Shown: positions 1 to 10,143, counted from the first letter of the stretch. The stretch is 64,000 bases of DNA from Candidatus Daviesbacteria bacterium RIFCSPHIGHO2_02_FULL_36_13 (GCA_001777015.1 MFCV01000044.1:16786-80785); one strand, 5' to 3'. Numbers and translations: made by a program. The notes: generated from the letters alone by a model not told the origin.

Positions 1-221
1 TTCTGTAAAATTAACTGAGGCATTGGCATTCTCTTTTAGAACTTTTTCAATTCCGGCTTCAGCCGCAGAAAAAGCCCTACCTGATTGCTCTACCCTGGTG
101 GCAGTTGATAAATCTACCAAACTTTTTTGAACAACAGAAACTCCCATAGCCAGGGCAACAGACATTATTAAAATAAGAACAAGTACTGCTTGTCCGCTAT
201 TTTTTAAATCTTTTTTCATAA

Positions 222-881
222 TTAACGTAATCCAATTGATGTATTGAAAGTTTCAGAATCAATTGCACCAATTATTCCTGAGTAAGCTTGCGTGTTAGCT
301 CTTACTGTAAATTTTACCGTTACTATATCTTTATACCCGGGAGCAGAATCTATTGTAAAGGAGCCATTTATTACAGACACTCCTGTCGCCTGATTCACAT
401 CGACTAAAGTATTTGGAGACACTAGAGGATTGCCGTCTGTACATACTCTATTTTTAAAGTCTTTACTTGTCTCATCATCTCCTGTTTCCGGACTATCCTG
501 ATAAATTCTATTTGAGTCAAATCGATATCTGGTATAAACTCCACCCTTAACAACTATGAGTGTGGTGTTACTTCCACTGGTGCAAACTACATTATCTGAA
601 TTTCTAACAGTCTTATCTATTGTTTCTAAAACTGCCTGACCATTTTTTTTGATTTGCGAAAGAATTTGAGCTCTATTATTACCCCTCAAAGAACTGGTAA
701 GAATATACAGAACTAAAATGCCGGTCACAGACAAAACAGCTATTACTACCAAAAGCTCCATAAGGGTGAAACCCTTTGAAGCTCTGCTTATAAGGGTGAA
801 ACCATTTGAAGCTCTGCTTATAAGGGTGAAACCCTTTGAAGCTCTGCTTATAAGGGTGAAACCATTTTTTTTCATCATCAT
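222..881 (-). CDS. Type IV pilin/pseudopilin-like protein with an unusually long leader containing three tandem copies of a GFTLISRAS(K/N) unit before the GFTLMELLVVIAVL class III signal
   Basis: N-terminal KGFTLMELLVVIAVLS matches the prepilin peptidase cleavage/methylation motif (G|FTLxE). The preceding 30 codons are a 3x tandem repeat of the cleavage-site region lacking Glu5. First of four tandem pilin-like genes. Confidence 0.6.
   Translation of the reverse strand: MMMKKNGFTLISRASKGFTLISRASNGFTLISRASKGFTLMELLVVIAVLSVTGILVLYILTSSLRGNNRAQILSQIKKNGQAVLETIDKTVRNSDNVVCTSGSNTTLIVVKGGVYTRYRFDSNRIYQDSPETGDDETSKDFKNRVCTDGNPLVSPNTLVDVNQATGVSVINGSFTIDSAPGYKDIVTVKFTVRANTQAYSGIIGAIDSETFNTSIGLR
761..869. 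repeat. 30-bp tandem repeat x3.6 (TAAGGGTGAAACC[C/A]TTTGAAGCTCTGCT) inside the 5' end of the first pilin gene
   Basis: Read directly from the sequence. It encodes the repeated GFTLISRAS(K/N) leader units. Confidence 0.9.
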
Positions 882-1435
882 AATTTTCTAAGTATTGTTG
901 TTAGCTGAGATTGATGACAAAAAGGTATTGACCCGCAGGAAAAGTCTGTCCATTGCACAACTATTGTAATTTTCTTTTCATATAGGTAGAGAGATTGAGC
1001 ATCTGGGAAAGAATCTTCTATCCTAATTTGCCTTCTAAAGGGTTCTACATTATTTATTTCAAAAGTTGTGCTTGTTACTTTTACCAATTGGTTGTTTTCA
1101 AATCTAAAATAGCAGGGTCCATCACCGTCTGCATTATTACAATAGTTTCTTGATAAGAATACACTATAAAGTTCTGAAAAAATATTAACATTTCTAACAG
1201 GATCAGATCCAGGGTAGGGGACATCAGTTGTAATGACACTATCTCTATCTCTCATGCTTCTAACTTTTTCTATCGCCTCCTGAGCAAGTTTTGTGGCCTT
1301 AGATTGATTTTGTGCAAGCTCGGCATTTCTAATAGAAGAAATTGTTGCAAAGGAAAAAGCTCCTAAAATAAGTCCAACAACAGCAATCACTACTATCAGC
1401 TCCAGCAGACTTTGACCTTTTTGATTACTCAACAT
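878..1435 (-). CDS. Type IV pilin-like protein (N-terminal methylation motif)
   Basis: N-terminus MLSNQKGQSLLELIVVIAVVGLILG has a short basic leader, G|Q, Glu5 and a hydrophobic helix. Start overlaps stop of the upstream pilin gene by 4 bp. Confidence 0.6.
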   Translation of the reverse strand: MLSNQKGQSLLELIVVIAVVGLILGAFSFATISSIRNAELAQNQSKATKLAQEAIEKVRSMRDRDSVITTDVPYPGSDPVRNVNIFSELYSVFLSRNYCNNADGDGPCYFRFENNQLVKVTSTTFEINNVEPFRRQIRIEDSFPDAQSLYLYEKKITIVVQWTDFSCGSIPFCHQSQLTTILRKL

Positions 1436-2018
1436 TTATTTGACCCCCTGTGGATACTCTTATATTTTTTCTAATGCTTGTGGTACCTCTTTCATATTTT
1501 ATCTCCACAATGAATCTGGCAATAGGAATTGCAGCAGGAATTACATCAGGATCAGGACACTGTGCAAAGTCACCTTTTGCCAAAATAAGAGTGGGCTTAC
1601 CATAAAGGGTACTGTAGCTTGTGGTAGCAGTGTAGGCTGATTGGGCAGCAAAGTTTGTACTTGTACAAATTGATCCTCCTGAAGAATCAAAGGCTGTTAT
1701 AGTATTAATAGTGACACCCTCAGGCAGAGTCAGGGGAGGGGATTTTTCTACATCGCCTGATTGGGTCTCACAAAATAAGGACAGAGTTTTTTTATCAGTA
1801 TTAAATCTGACTGACCAATTGAAACAAGTACTGTTGTTGTGTATTACTGAGGCTGTGGCATTGGTTTGGGCAGCCCGCAAAAGACTTTGGATCTTATTGA
1901 CTCCATCAGTTAAAATTTGATTTGAGGAAAAAGAAACATAATTTGCATACCCGATAGTGCCTAGAATAGCCATGATTGCAATAACCACCAAAACTTCAAC
2001 GAGAGTGTAGCCTTTCAT
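1425..2018 (-). CDS. Type IV pilin/pseudopilin-like protein
   Basis: N-terminus MKGYTLVEVLVVIAIMAILGTIG has the class III signal peptide with Glu5 (G|YTLVE). Confidence 0.6.
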   Translation of the reverse strand: MKGYTLVEVLVVIAIMAILGTIGYANYVSFSSNQILTDGVNKIQSLLRAAQTNATASVIHNNSTCFNWSVRFNTDKKTLSLFCETQSGDVEKSPPLTLPEGVTINTITAFDSSGGSICTSTNFAAQSAYTATTSYSTLYGKPTLILAKGDFAQCPDPDVIPAAIPIARFIVEIKYERGTTSIRKNIRVSTGGQINVE

Positions 2019-2019
2019 T

Positions 2020-2553
2020 TTAGGGAACTGTTAATTCAAAATCATATGTTACTGAACCACTGGTTTGATCTGCACAAGCCGCAAGCAGAGATGTTTTATT
2101 TTCCATTTTGGCATATAGACAATAGGAGGTGCAGTTCGCAGGATTATTACAATCAGCTGGGGATGGCACATATTGATAGGGCGGATAATTTGAGGTAATG
2201 GGATCTGCTGGTAAAGATTGCGAGTAGGTTTTCGTCCCTCCTGAATTTCTCAATGCACAACCCATCCGAAACTTGCCATCATCAACTGACGGAGTTGCGG
2301 GACAGCTTCCTGTGCCTAAAACAGGATAATATAGCTGATCAGCGAAATATTGTTCTAAAGCAGGTTGAATGTGAGTAGCTAAATCTGCTTGTCTTTTTGA
2401 ATCTCTGCTATTTTTTAAAACAGTAGAGTAGATGGTCATACCTAAGGTTGCTAAAATGGCCACTATAGACATCACAACCAGAAGTTCAACAAGAGTAAAC
2501 CCGCGGACAGTTAATTTAGGCATTACAATCATTATATAATATCTTGGATGCAA
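2020..2553 (-). CDS. Type IV pilin-like protein; the true start is probably the internal Met giving MPKLTVRGFTLVELLVVMSIVAIL (about 2523)
   Basis: RGFTLVELLVVMSIVAILATLG is a prepilin motif. The longest-ORF extension MHPRYYIMIV is probably spurious. Confidence 0.6.
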   Translation of the reverse strand: MHPRYYIMIVMPKLTVRGFTLVELLVVMSIVAILATLGMTIYSTVLKNSRDSKRQADLATHIQPALEQYFADQLYYPVLGTGSCPATPSVDDGKFRMGCALRNSGGTKTYSQSLPADPITSNYPPYQYVPSPADCNNPANCTSYCLYAKMENKTSLLAACADQTSGSVTYDFELTVP

Positions 2554-4146
2554 AAAATATTCCTTTTAGGACTGCTACTTCTCTCTCTTCTACTTTTTAA
2601 GAATCCATTCTCCTCAAACAATATTATTTCCAATTTAGAACCATCTCCTGATTCTATTCACTACCTAAACCCTGTGAAAAGTTTCACTGAGGGCAAAGGA
2701 CTTAATATTTCATATCAGGATAGAATAATACCTGCTCATGTCCCACCTCTTTATAGTTTAATTATCACTCCCTTTTATCTACTAACTTCCGACATAAGAT
2801 CTTTCTATTTTACTAACATTATTCTTGCTCTTATTTCCGCCATTTTATTTTTTAAAATTGTAACAGGAATTTTTAAAAGCAGAACAATTTCAATTCTTCT
2901 TTACCTATCGTTTTGCGCAAATTTAATCGTTTTTCTTTATCCATCCTTTGCCATGGCAGAAAACTTACTCATGACCCTTTATCTTTTATCAATTTGGCTG
3001 CTGATTAGACCGCCAACCCAAAAAACTGTCATTGCTTTATCATTTTTGGCAGTGGCGTTTTTTGCTACCAAATACGTGGCCTGGATTTTAAGTTTATCTT
3101 TAATTTTTATCACTTCTTTTATTGTTATTAAAAAAGCAAAGCATTTAACCTTAATATTGTTTTCATCTTTGATATGTTTTTTCTTAACCTATGTATCCAT
3201 TGAATATCTAACAAAAGGGTTAAATATCTTTGAAAGAATTACTGGTTCAATACCTGATGTATTTAGAGTATTTCAATCATTTTTCCAAACAGTTCCTAGT
3301 AATTTACCTAGGGAATTCTTTTCAAAAAATTATTTTGAAAATAACTTTATCCGCTTTTTGGGTGGTATCACAGGCGGACCTGCTGTGGTTGCAGGGGCCC
3401 ATTTTGTTATTTTACCAATTACTGTTGGGATGGTGTCTATCTTTGCAATCTTTTTAAATTTATTAAGCCCCAAAAATAGAATTCTAAGTTTTTATTTTTT
3501 TATTTCAATTTTGGCAACCATATATTACATCAGCACCTTTTTTGTAGCCGACTCCAGATACTTACTAGAATTTATTCCCGGCTTTTTAATTATCTTTGGT
3601 CTTTTTTTAGAAAGAGTCTGCAATTTTTTATACAAAATAAAAAGAGAAGTATATGCATATATTCTTTTAATCTTTTGTTGGATTTCTATTTTTTTTAACA
3701 CAACACCTGCTGTAGTAAATCAAATTAAAATTAATTTTTTTGGAACAGGAAAATCTGGAAATTACGAGGCCATCGAAACTATGAATAAATTTACCAATAA
3801 ATTGGAAGGCTCCAATAAACCAATTATTATATCTGTTTTATCGCCATATCAGATTGACTTTTTTTCAAATAAAAAATACGATTTGTTGCCCATTTCCAAA
3901 CAGCAATATTTCATCCCCAGCAGTCAAAACGTCTGGGGAATTGATTTGCAAAATTACTCTCTTTCGGACATTTATAAAGGCTTTTTAGAAAAAGGGAGAA
4001 GGGTTTATGTTTCAAATTATTTAACAGGGGAAAAATATTGGTATAAATTTGACCTTTTAAAAATTAAAGAAAACTTTAATCTAATATCTGTTTTTGACGG
4101 ATGCAGTAATCAATGCTCTGTCTATGAACTTAAACTCAAAAATTAG
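2548..4146 (+). CDS. Polytopic integral membrane protein with a C-terminal soluble domain; possibly a GT-C-type (ArnT/PMT-like) glycosyltransferase or pilus-associated membrane protein
   Basis: 532 aa with more than 10 predicted hydrophobic helices followed by a ~150 aa soluble tail. It sits between the pilin genes and pilD. The family assignment is a guess from architecture only. Confidence 0.35.
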   Translation: MQKIFLLGLLLLSLLLFKNPFSSNNIISNLEPSPDSIHYLNPVKSFTEGKGLNISYQDRIIPAHVPPLYSLIITPFYLLTSDIRSFYFTNIILALISAILFFKIVTGIFKSRTISILLYLSFCANLIVFLYPSFAMAENLLMTLYLLSIWLLIRPPTQKTVIALSFLAVAFFATKYVAWILSLSLIFITSFIVIKKAKHLTLILFSSLICFFLTYVSIEYLTKGLNIFERITGSIPDVFRVFQSFFQTVPSNLPREFFSKNYFENNFIRFLGGITGGPAVVAGAHFVILPITVGMVSIFAIFLNLLSPKNRILSFYFFISILATIYYISTFFVADSRYLLEFIPGFLIIFGLFLERVCNFLYKIKREVYAYILLIFCWISIFFNTTPAVVNQIKINFFGTGKSGNYEAIETMNKFTNKLEGSNKPIIISVLSPYQIDFFSNKKYDLLPISKQQYFIPSSQNVWGIDLQNYSLSDIYKGFLEKGRRVYVSNYLTGEKYWYKFDLLKIKENFNLISVFDGCSNQCSVYELKLKN

Positions 4147-4888
4147 GAAAACGTAAATACCAGTTTAAAATATTAGTTCCCCAAAAAAGGGAGATTAAAC
4201 TAGCTAAAACTAAAAATGGACCAAATGGAATTACCTGACCAAACTTTTTCTTTTTTAAAATTATTAAGGCAACTGCAAAAATAGCTCCTGAAAAGAAAGA
4301 GAGCATAAGAGCCAGAATTCCATTTGGAAATCCCAGCCCAAGTCCTAAAAACATTCCCAACTTAACATCTCCGCCTCCCATGCCTTTGCCGCGGGTTATA
4401 ATTATTAAAATCAGAAAAAATCCTGCTATTACAAGTCCTGTTAGAAGAGAATCTAAAAAGTAATTATCAAAAATCATAAGATAAATAAGAGAAATTCCAA
4501 TTGATGGCAAGATTATAGAATCCGGAATAAGCATTTCTTTTAAATCTGTTAAGAAAATAATCCCTAAAATTGTTATGAAAAAGACATGAAAAATTAGACT
4601 TGGGGAAATTATTGGATTTAGGAAAAATAGCAGTCCTGTTAAAATTCCCATCCCAATTTCTACTAAAGGATACTCTATGCCAATTCTACTTTTGCAATAT
4701 CTACATTTCCCACCCAAAACAAAATAAGAAAGGATGGGTATAAGATCAAACCAAACCAGGGATTTTTTACACTTAGGACAATACGACCGCCCAGAAAAAG
4801 TTTCTTCTCTTAGGCTCCTATCAGCAAGAGCCTTAACAAGACTTCCTAAAATTGTACCTATCAAAAATCCAAAAAAGGCTGGAATCAT
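4136..4888 (-). CDS. pilD: Prepilin peptidase (A24 family, PilD)
   Basis: N-terminal CPKC...CRYC zinc-binding tetracysteine motif, polytopic membrane body, and the conserved GGGDVKL-like region. Lies next to pilC/pilT/pilB. Confidence 0.85.
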   Translation of the reverse strand: MIPAFFGFLIGTILGSLVKALADRSLREETFSGRSYCPKCKKSLVWFDLIPILSYFVLGGKCRYCKSRIGIEYPLVEIGMGILTGLLFFLNPIISPSLIFHVFFITILGIIFLTDLKEMLIPDSIILPSIGISLIYLMIFDNYFLDSLLTGLVIAGFFLILIIITRGKGMGGGDVKLGMFLGLGLGFPNGILALMLSFFSGAIFAVALIILKKKKFGQVIPFGPFLVLASLISLFWGTNILNWYLRFPNF

Positions 4889-6088
4889 TTATATTGATGT
4901 AGTGAGCTGATATATTGGCAATAGAATTGAGATTGCCAAAAATGCCACTCCCAGTCCTAAAACAACAAATATCAAAGGTTCTATAGCCACAGTTAAATTT
5001 TTAACCAGGTGATCTGATTCTGATTCAAAATATTGAGCCAGTTTAAAAAATATTTCATCAACTTTACCTGTTTCTTCTCCAACTTTAACCATTTGGCTAA
5101 CTATTTTTGGAAAATTTTCTTGAGTTAGAAGTAAAGATAAAGGCAGTCCTTTTTCAACTCCAGCATAAGCATCTTTTAAAGCACTTTTAAAAACTTTATT
5201 TTCAGTTAAAGAAGAGACTATGGCAATTGATTCCAAAAGGGGAATGCCAGCAGATATTAAAAGTCCAAAGGTTCTGGTGAAGTTTGTCAAAATTACAGAG
5301 GTGATTATTTTTCCAATAATAGGCAATTTTAAAAGCAGTTTTGAGACAAAATAACTTCCTTCTTCTGTTTTCATCCACTTATTTAAAGAAAGTCTTCCTG
5401 CAGTAATGATTATTAATCCTACCCACCAAAAGTTAATAAACAAGTTGGAAGAACCTATTAGAATTTTTGTTGGGAGAGGTAAGTCAATCGCTGATTCCTT
5501 ATATAAATCGGTTAATTTCGGGATAACAAATACCATCATAATAATAATGACCACTATCATAAGAGCGATAATAACCATAGGATAAATCATTGCTCCTTTT
5601 ATCCTGGCCTGAAATTCTCTTTCTTTTTCTAAATTATCCGCCATTTGAGTTAGCACCTGATCCAGCTTTCCTGATTCTTCACCGCTTTTAACTAAATTTA
5701 CATAAAGATTTGGGAAAATCTGAGGGTGCTTTCCTAAAGCTTGTGCCAGAGCCAATCCTCCTTTAACATCCTGGGAAATTTCAGATAAAGCCTTTTTTAA
5801 AACTTTATTTGTCTGTTGTTCTTCTAAGATATCTATAGCCTCTGATAAAACTAAACCACTGGAAATCATTGTAGCTAGTTGTCTTGTGATAACAACTAAG
5901 GTTGAAAAATTAATCCCGCTTGTAAATTTGGCTAGAAATCTGTTTATTGCTGGTTCTTTGTTATCAACTGAAATAACAATCAATCCTTTTTTTCTTAAGG
6001 TTGTTACAGCTGAGTGTGCATCATTGGCTTCAATAGTGCCTTTTTTTTCTTCACCATCAGGACTTTTAGCTAGGTATTTAAATTCCAT
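4889..6088 (-). CDS. pilC: Type IV pilus assembly platform protein PilC (GspF family)
   Basis: 399 aa with two repeated GspF-like domains and three TM segments (for example GKLDQVLTQMADNLEKE and GKVDEIFFKLAQYFESE repeats). Confidence 0.85.
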   Translation of the reverse strand: MEFKYLAKSPDGEEKKGTIEANDAHSAVTTLRKKGLIVISVDNKEPAINRFLAKFTSGINFSTLVVITRQLATMISSGLVLSEAIDILEEQQTNKVLKKALSEISQDVKGGLALAQALGKHPQIFPNLYVNLVKSGEESGKLDQVLTQMADNLEKEREFQARIKGAMIYPMVIIALMIVVIIIMMVFVIPKLTDLYKESAIDLPLPTKILIGSSNLFINFWWVGLIIITAGRLSLNKWMKTEEGSYFVSKLLLKLPIIGKIITSVILTNFTRTFGLLISAGIPLLESIAIVSSLTENKVFKSALKDAYAGVEKGLPLSLLLTQENFPKIVSQMVKVGEETGKVDEIFFKLAQYFESESDHLVKNLTVAIEPLIFVVLGLGVAFLAISILLPIYQLTTSI

Positions 6089-6089
6089 A

Positions 6090-7142
6090 TCATTCCACCA
6101 ATTTATTCAGAAGTTCGGGTCGGAGAGTATATTTTAGAGCCACTTCCTGAGAAATTTGTCCTGTTTTAATTAACTCAGCTAAAGACTTTTCTAAAAGCTG
6201 CATTCCAAAACCAGCTGAGGTTTCTATCATATTATCTAAAAGATAAGTTTTCTTTTCCCGGATGACATTTCTAACAGCAGGAGTTGCAAATAAAATTTCC
6301 GATGCTAAAATTCTGCCTGGTTGAATAGTTGGTATAAGTCTAAGAGATAAAATAGCTTCTAAAGTTGATGCTAACTGAAGCCTAATTTGAGGCTGCTGCT
6401 CCTCTGGAAATACATCAATAATACGGTCAATTGACTGAGCGGCAGAATTTGTATGAAGAGTAGCAAAAACTAGATGGCCAGTCTCTGCAATAGTCATGGC
6501 TGAAGAAATTGTTTCAAAATCACGCATTTCACCAACCAAAACAACATCCGGATCTTCCCTTAACACTGCCCTTAAAGCATTATTCCAGGACCTTGTATCC
6601 TTATACATTTCTCTTTGTTCAATCAAAGATTTTCCTTTGGGGTATACATACTCAATAGGATCCTCAACTGTCACAACATGTACAGCTCTTTCCTGATTAA
6701 TTTTATCAATAAATGAAGCTAAGACTGTAGATTTTCCATGACCTGTCGGACCTGTCACTAAAACAAATCCCTGCTTAATTTCTGTTAATTTAGTAACCAC
6801 TTCAGGAAGACCTAAACTTTTTAAAGGCGGGATGGCAAATGGAATTAATCTTAAAGAGGCTGCACTATGACCTTTTTGTCTGTAAATATTAGCTCTAAAT
6901 CTGGCCTTACCTTCATAATCAAAAGAAAAATCTACTTCATAATTTTGATTATAAATGTTTTTTTGAATTTCAGAGAGGAGGGGAAAGATTAAACTTTCTA
7001 CCTGTTCCTGAGTGGAGGGAACTTCCCCTGGGACAGGTATAAGATCTCCATGAATACGCAAAATTGGAGGAAATCCAACTGAAATATGTAAATCAGAAGC
7101 ATTTCTTTGGACTGTTAGTTCTAATAATTGTTGTATGTTCAT
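6090..7142 (-). CDS. pilT: Twitching motility retraction ATPase PilT
   Basis: Walker A GPTGHGKST, Asp box, and a PilT-type C-terminal region. Its 350 aa length is typical of PilT. Confidence 0.85.
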   Translation of the reverse strand: MNIQQLLELTVQRNASDLHISVGFPPILRIHGDLIPVPGEVPSTQEQVESLIFPLLSEIQKNIYNQNYEVDFSFDYEGKARFRANIYRQKGHSAASLRLIPFAIPPLKSLGLPEVVTKLTEIKQGFVLVTGPTGHGKSTVLASFIDKINQERAVHVVTVEDPIEYVYPKGKSLIEQREMYKDTRSWNNALRAVLREDPDVVLVGEMRDFETISSAMTIAETGHLVFATLHTNSAAQSIDRIIDVFPEEQQPQIRLQLASTLEAILSLRLIPTIQPGRILASEILFATPAVRNVIREKKTYLLDNMIETSAGFGMQLLEKSLAELIKTGQISQEVALKYTLRPELLNKLVE

Positions 7143-7197
7143 AATTTTGTTCCTTCAAAATTTCAAGGTCCTGTGATGAGCAGGTTCTTATATAATC

Positions 7198-8916
7198 TTA
7201 ATCCTGTGCCACCCTTAGAACTTCTTCCATTGTTGTAACCCCCTCTAGCACTTTTAAATATCCATCCTGCTTCATTGTAATCATGCCAGAAGCCACTGCT
7301 GAAGCTTCTATATCTCCGCTTGATGCATGCTCCATCACCAGTTTTGTAATAGCATCTGTCATAATTAAAACCTCAAAAATTCCAATTCTTCCTAGATAGC
7401 CTGTATTGGCGCAAAACTTACATCCCTGTCCTTTATATAGTTTAAGAATGGCACTCTGATTGGCGGGTATAAAGTTTTTCAATACAGCTTTTATATTTTC
7501 TGTAACTTCAGGAGAGGCATTAAATTCCACCCTGCAGTGAGCACAAATTTTTCTTACCACTCTTTGAGCTAGAGCAGCATATAAAGAAGATGCTAAAAGA
7601 AATGGTTCAACTCCCATATCCAAAAGCCTGGGTGGAGCACCTGCAGCAGAATTTGTATGGAGAGTAGAAAAAACCTGATGACCTGTAAGAGCTGCCTGTA
7701 TGGCTAAATCTGCAGTTTCTGTATCACGAATTTCTCCTACAAATATAATATTCGGATCCTGTCTTAAAAAGGATCTTAAAGCAGATGCAAAAGTTAGTCC
7801 AACAGCAGCATTAACTTGCACCTGGTTTACCCCTGGAATCTGATATTCAACAGGATCCTCAATTGTGACAACATTAACCTTAGTGGTAGAAATTTTGGAA
7901 AGAACAGAATAAAGAGTAGTTGTTTTACCAGATCCTGTGGGGCCGCATACTAAAATAATACCGTGTGTTCTAAGCATTTGAGACTCTAGGGATTTAAATT
8001 GGGCACCTCTTAATCCCAGTTCTAAAAGAGTTGGGGCAGATGTGGATTTAGGCAAAAGTCTCATAACTACTTTTTCTCCATGCACTGTAGGGATAGTGGA
8101 CACACGTAAATCTACAGATTCTGAACCGGAAGTAAATGTAAAACGCCCATCCTGAGGAAGTCTTTTTTCATCTATTTTTAGGGTAGATAAAATCTTAATT
8201 CTGGAAACTAAAGCATCATGAACCCCTTTTGGCAGCAAGATCTTTTCCTGCAAAATCCCATCTATTCTGTATCTGACCCTGGTTCTATTTTCCTGAGGCT
8301 CAATATGAATATCGGAAGCACGGACTTTGACAGCATATTCCAAAAGCTCATTTATAATATTAGATACAGGAGCTTCTCTTACAACCTCAGGTCCAGCAGC
8401 TACCGCTTCTTCCGGCTTAACTGCCTGAACCTCTCTTAATGCAGAGGTAACCTCTGAAGTTAAATTTTGTGAATACTGATCATTAATTGCTTTTATAATA
8501 TCTTCAGGCAAAGCCAAATACGGCCTTACCCTAAGCCCTGATCTTTTCTCAATAAATTGGATAATTTGAATATCTAAAGGATCTTCCATAGCCACCCAAA
8601 GCTCATCACCTGTTTTCTCAAAAGGGATAGTTTTATAGCGGCGGGCGGCTGGCTCAGGAACCAAACTTAAAATATCAGCAGCTATTGCCTTACCTTCCAG
8701 TTTTATAAAAGGAACATTTAAAATTTGAGCTTTGGCTTGAGTAATTTTATCCTGGGGGACTAAATTATGCTGCAGTATCAGTTGATCAATTGTTGTTCCT
8801 GAATTTAAGCTTTCCTGCTTTAAAGCTGAAATTTGATCCCCGGTTAAAAGACCTTGTTTAGAAAGAATCTCTTCAATTGTATCGCCACTTGGAGCAGAAG
8901 CCGTGGTTTTGGGCAT
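7198..8916 (-). CDS. pilB: Type IV pilus assembly ATPase PilB (GspE family)
   Basis: Walker A GPTGSGKTTTLY and a C-terminal tetracysteine CAHC...CKFC. 572 aa with N-terminal GspE_N-like domains. Confidence 0.85.
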   Translation of the reverse strand: MPKTTASAPSGDTIEEILSKQGLLTGDQISALKQESLNSGTTIDQLILQHNLVPQDKITQAKAQILNVPFIKLEGKAIAADILSLVPEPAARRYKTIPFEKTGDELWVAMEDPLDIQIIQFIEKRSGLRVRPYLALPEDIIKAINDQYSQNLTSEVTSALREVQAVKPEEAVAAGPEVVREAPVSNIINELLEYAVKVRASDIHIEPQENRTRVRYRIDGILQEKILLPKGVHDALVSRIKILSTLKIDEKRLPQDGRFTFTSGSESVDLRVSTIPTVHGEKVVMRLLPKSTSAPTLLELGLRGAQFKSLESQMLRTHGIILVCGPTGSGKTTTLYSVLSKISTTKVNVVTIEDPVEYQIPGVNQVQVNAAVGLTFASALRSFLRQDPNIIFVGEIRDTETADLAIQAALTGHQVFSTLHTNSAAGAPPRLLDMGVEPFLLASSLYAALAQRVVRKICAHCRVEFNASPEVTENIKAVLKNFIPANQSAILKLYKGQGCKFCANTGYLGRIGIFEVLIMTDAITKLVMEHASSGDIEASAVASGMITMKQDGYLKVLEGVTTMEEVLRVAQD

Positions 8917-8941
8917 ATATTCATTATGTTAGAATTGCCTT

Positions 8942-9571
8942 ATGATTGCAAGGCTTCTTATTTCAAACTCAAAAGATTATATAAAAAAAGAGATTGAGAC
9001 AATAATAAATCTTCCTAGAAATCATCCTGATATTCTTTATTTTGAATCCGGCTCTAAGCTGGGGATTGTGGATGCCAGAAAAATAAAAGATCATTTTTCC
9101 TTAAAGCCATACTCAGCCAAAGGCAGGACAGTGGTTTTGGAGGATGCCACAACTCTCACAGTTGATGCTCAAAATGCCCTTTTAAAAACTTTGGAAGAAT
9201 TACCAGAGGAGGGAATGATTGTTTTGGGTGCAACCTCAGATGCTAAGCTTTTACCAACCATTCTTTCAAGATGTCAGGTTATTCATCTTTCAAACCCCAC
9301 GTCGCAAGCTACTCCCACCTCCGAGGTAGGATATGAGGATGTGGAAAAGTTATTAACAGCCTCGATAGAGGAGAGATTTGAATATATTGAGAAACTTAAA
9401 CAAAGAGAGGAGTTTCTATATTCCATGACCAAATATTTTCACAAACAACTTCCTTTATATAATGATTTCTCAAAAGAACTTCTGCAGGCAGAGGAGTGGG
9501 CAAAGGCAAATGTAAACATAAGAGCTATTTTGGAATATTTAATGTTGATAATGCCAAAAAGGGGCTCATAA
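8942..9571 (+). CDS. holB: Short DNA polymerase III delta-prime-like protein (clamp-loader subunit, N-terminally minimal)
   Basis: Contains DAQNALLKTLEELPE and the SRCQ sensor motif typical of delta-prime/tau AAA+ lid regions. Only 209 aa and lacks a recognisable P-loop. Confidence 0.5.
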   Translation: MIARLLISNSKDYIKKEIETIINLPRNHPDILYFESGSKLGIVDARKIKDHFSLKPYSAKGRTVVLEDATTLTVDAQNALLKTLEELPEEGMIVLGATSDAKLLPTILSRCQVIHLSNPTSQATPTSEVGYEDVEKLLTASIEERFEYIEKLKQREEFLYSMTKYFHKQLPLYNDFSKELLQAEEWAKANVNIRAILEYLMLIMPKRGS

Positions 9572-9610
9572 TAAGTTGACTTTGAACTAAAAAAATTATA
9601 GCATTCAATT

Positions 9611-9925
9611 ATGGTAGAAGTATTTACCGAAGATAGAGCAATAGAAGGTTCTAATCATCCAGCAGAGGAACAAGAAGTTGTTTTAAAGAGTAGGTTTATT
9701 TCTCTACTTCCTCCAATGGTAACTGGTCAAATTGCTCTCTTAAGCTTAACTGGTCGCTCCAAAGTTATTGATGAGAGTGGGGATGAAATTGCAGTTACCA
9801 GAGAAGAGTTAAAAAATAAAGTTAAACAAATTCAACAACCAGAGGGATATACATTACCACTCTTCCAAACTGATATAGTCCGTTCTGCCCAAAGACCCAC
9901 CTTCAGAAGGAATAGACGTAGATAA
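9611..9925 (+). CDS. Hypothetical protein with a basic C-terminus (RRNRRR)
   Basis: ORF only; no recognisable motifs. Confidence 0.3.
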   Translation: MVEVFTEDRAIEGSNHPAEEQEVVLKSRFISLLPPMVTGQIALLSLTGRSKVIDESGDEIAVTREELKNKVKQIQQPEGYTLPLFQTDIVRSAQRPTFRRNRRR

Positions 9926-9945
9926 AAGAGTGATATAATAAGTTT

Positions 9946-10143
9946 ATGAGTGAGTCAAGCGGTGATAATAACAGTCAAATAGGCATAGTAAGTAGCGAGG
10001 GAAAGATATTAAGACCCGATGTCCCACCAGTTGTACGCAGTAAAACAGGACCTGGTGAGCCAAGGTTTAGCGATGAGGGAGTTTTAAGACAAAGAAAAGG
10101 TAAAGTCAGCAAACAACCATCCCTAGTAAGAGTCGGAAGATAA
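9946..10143 (+). CDS. Hypothetical small basic protein
   Basis: ORF begins 9 nt after a TGaTATAAT extended -10 element at 9929-9937, so it may be leaderless. No family recognised. Confidence 0.25.
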   Translation: MSESSGDNNSQIGIVSSEGKILRPDVPPVVRSKTGPGEPRFSDEGVLRQRKGKVSKQPSLVRVGR

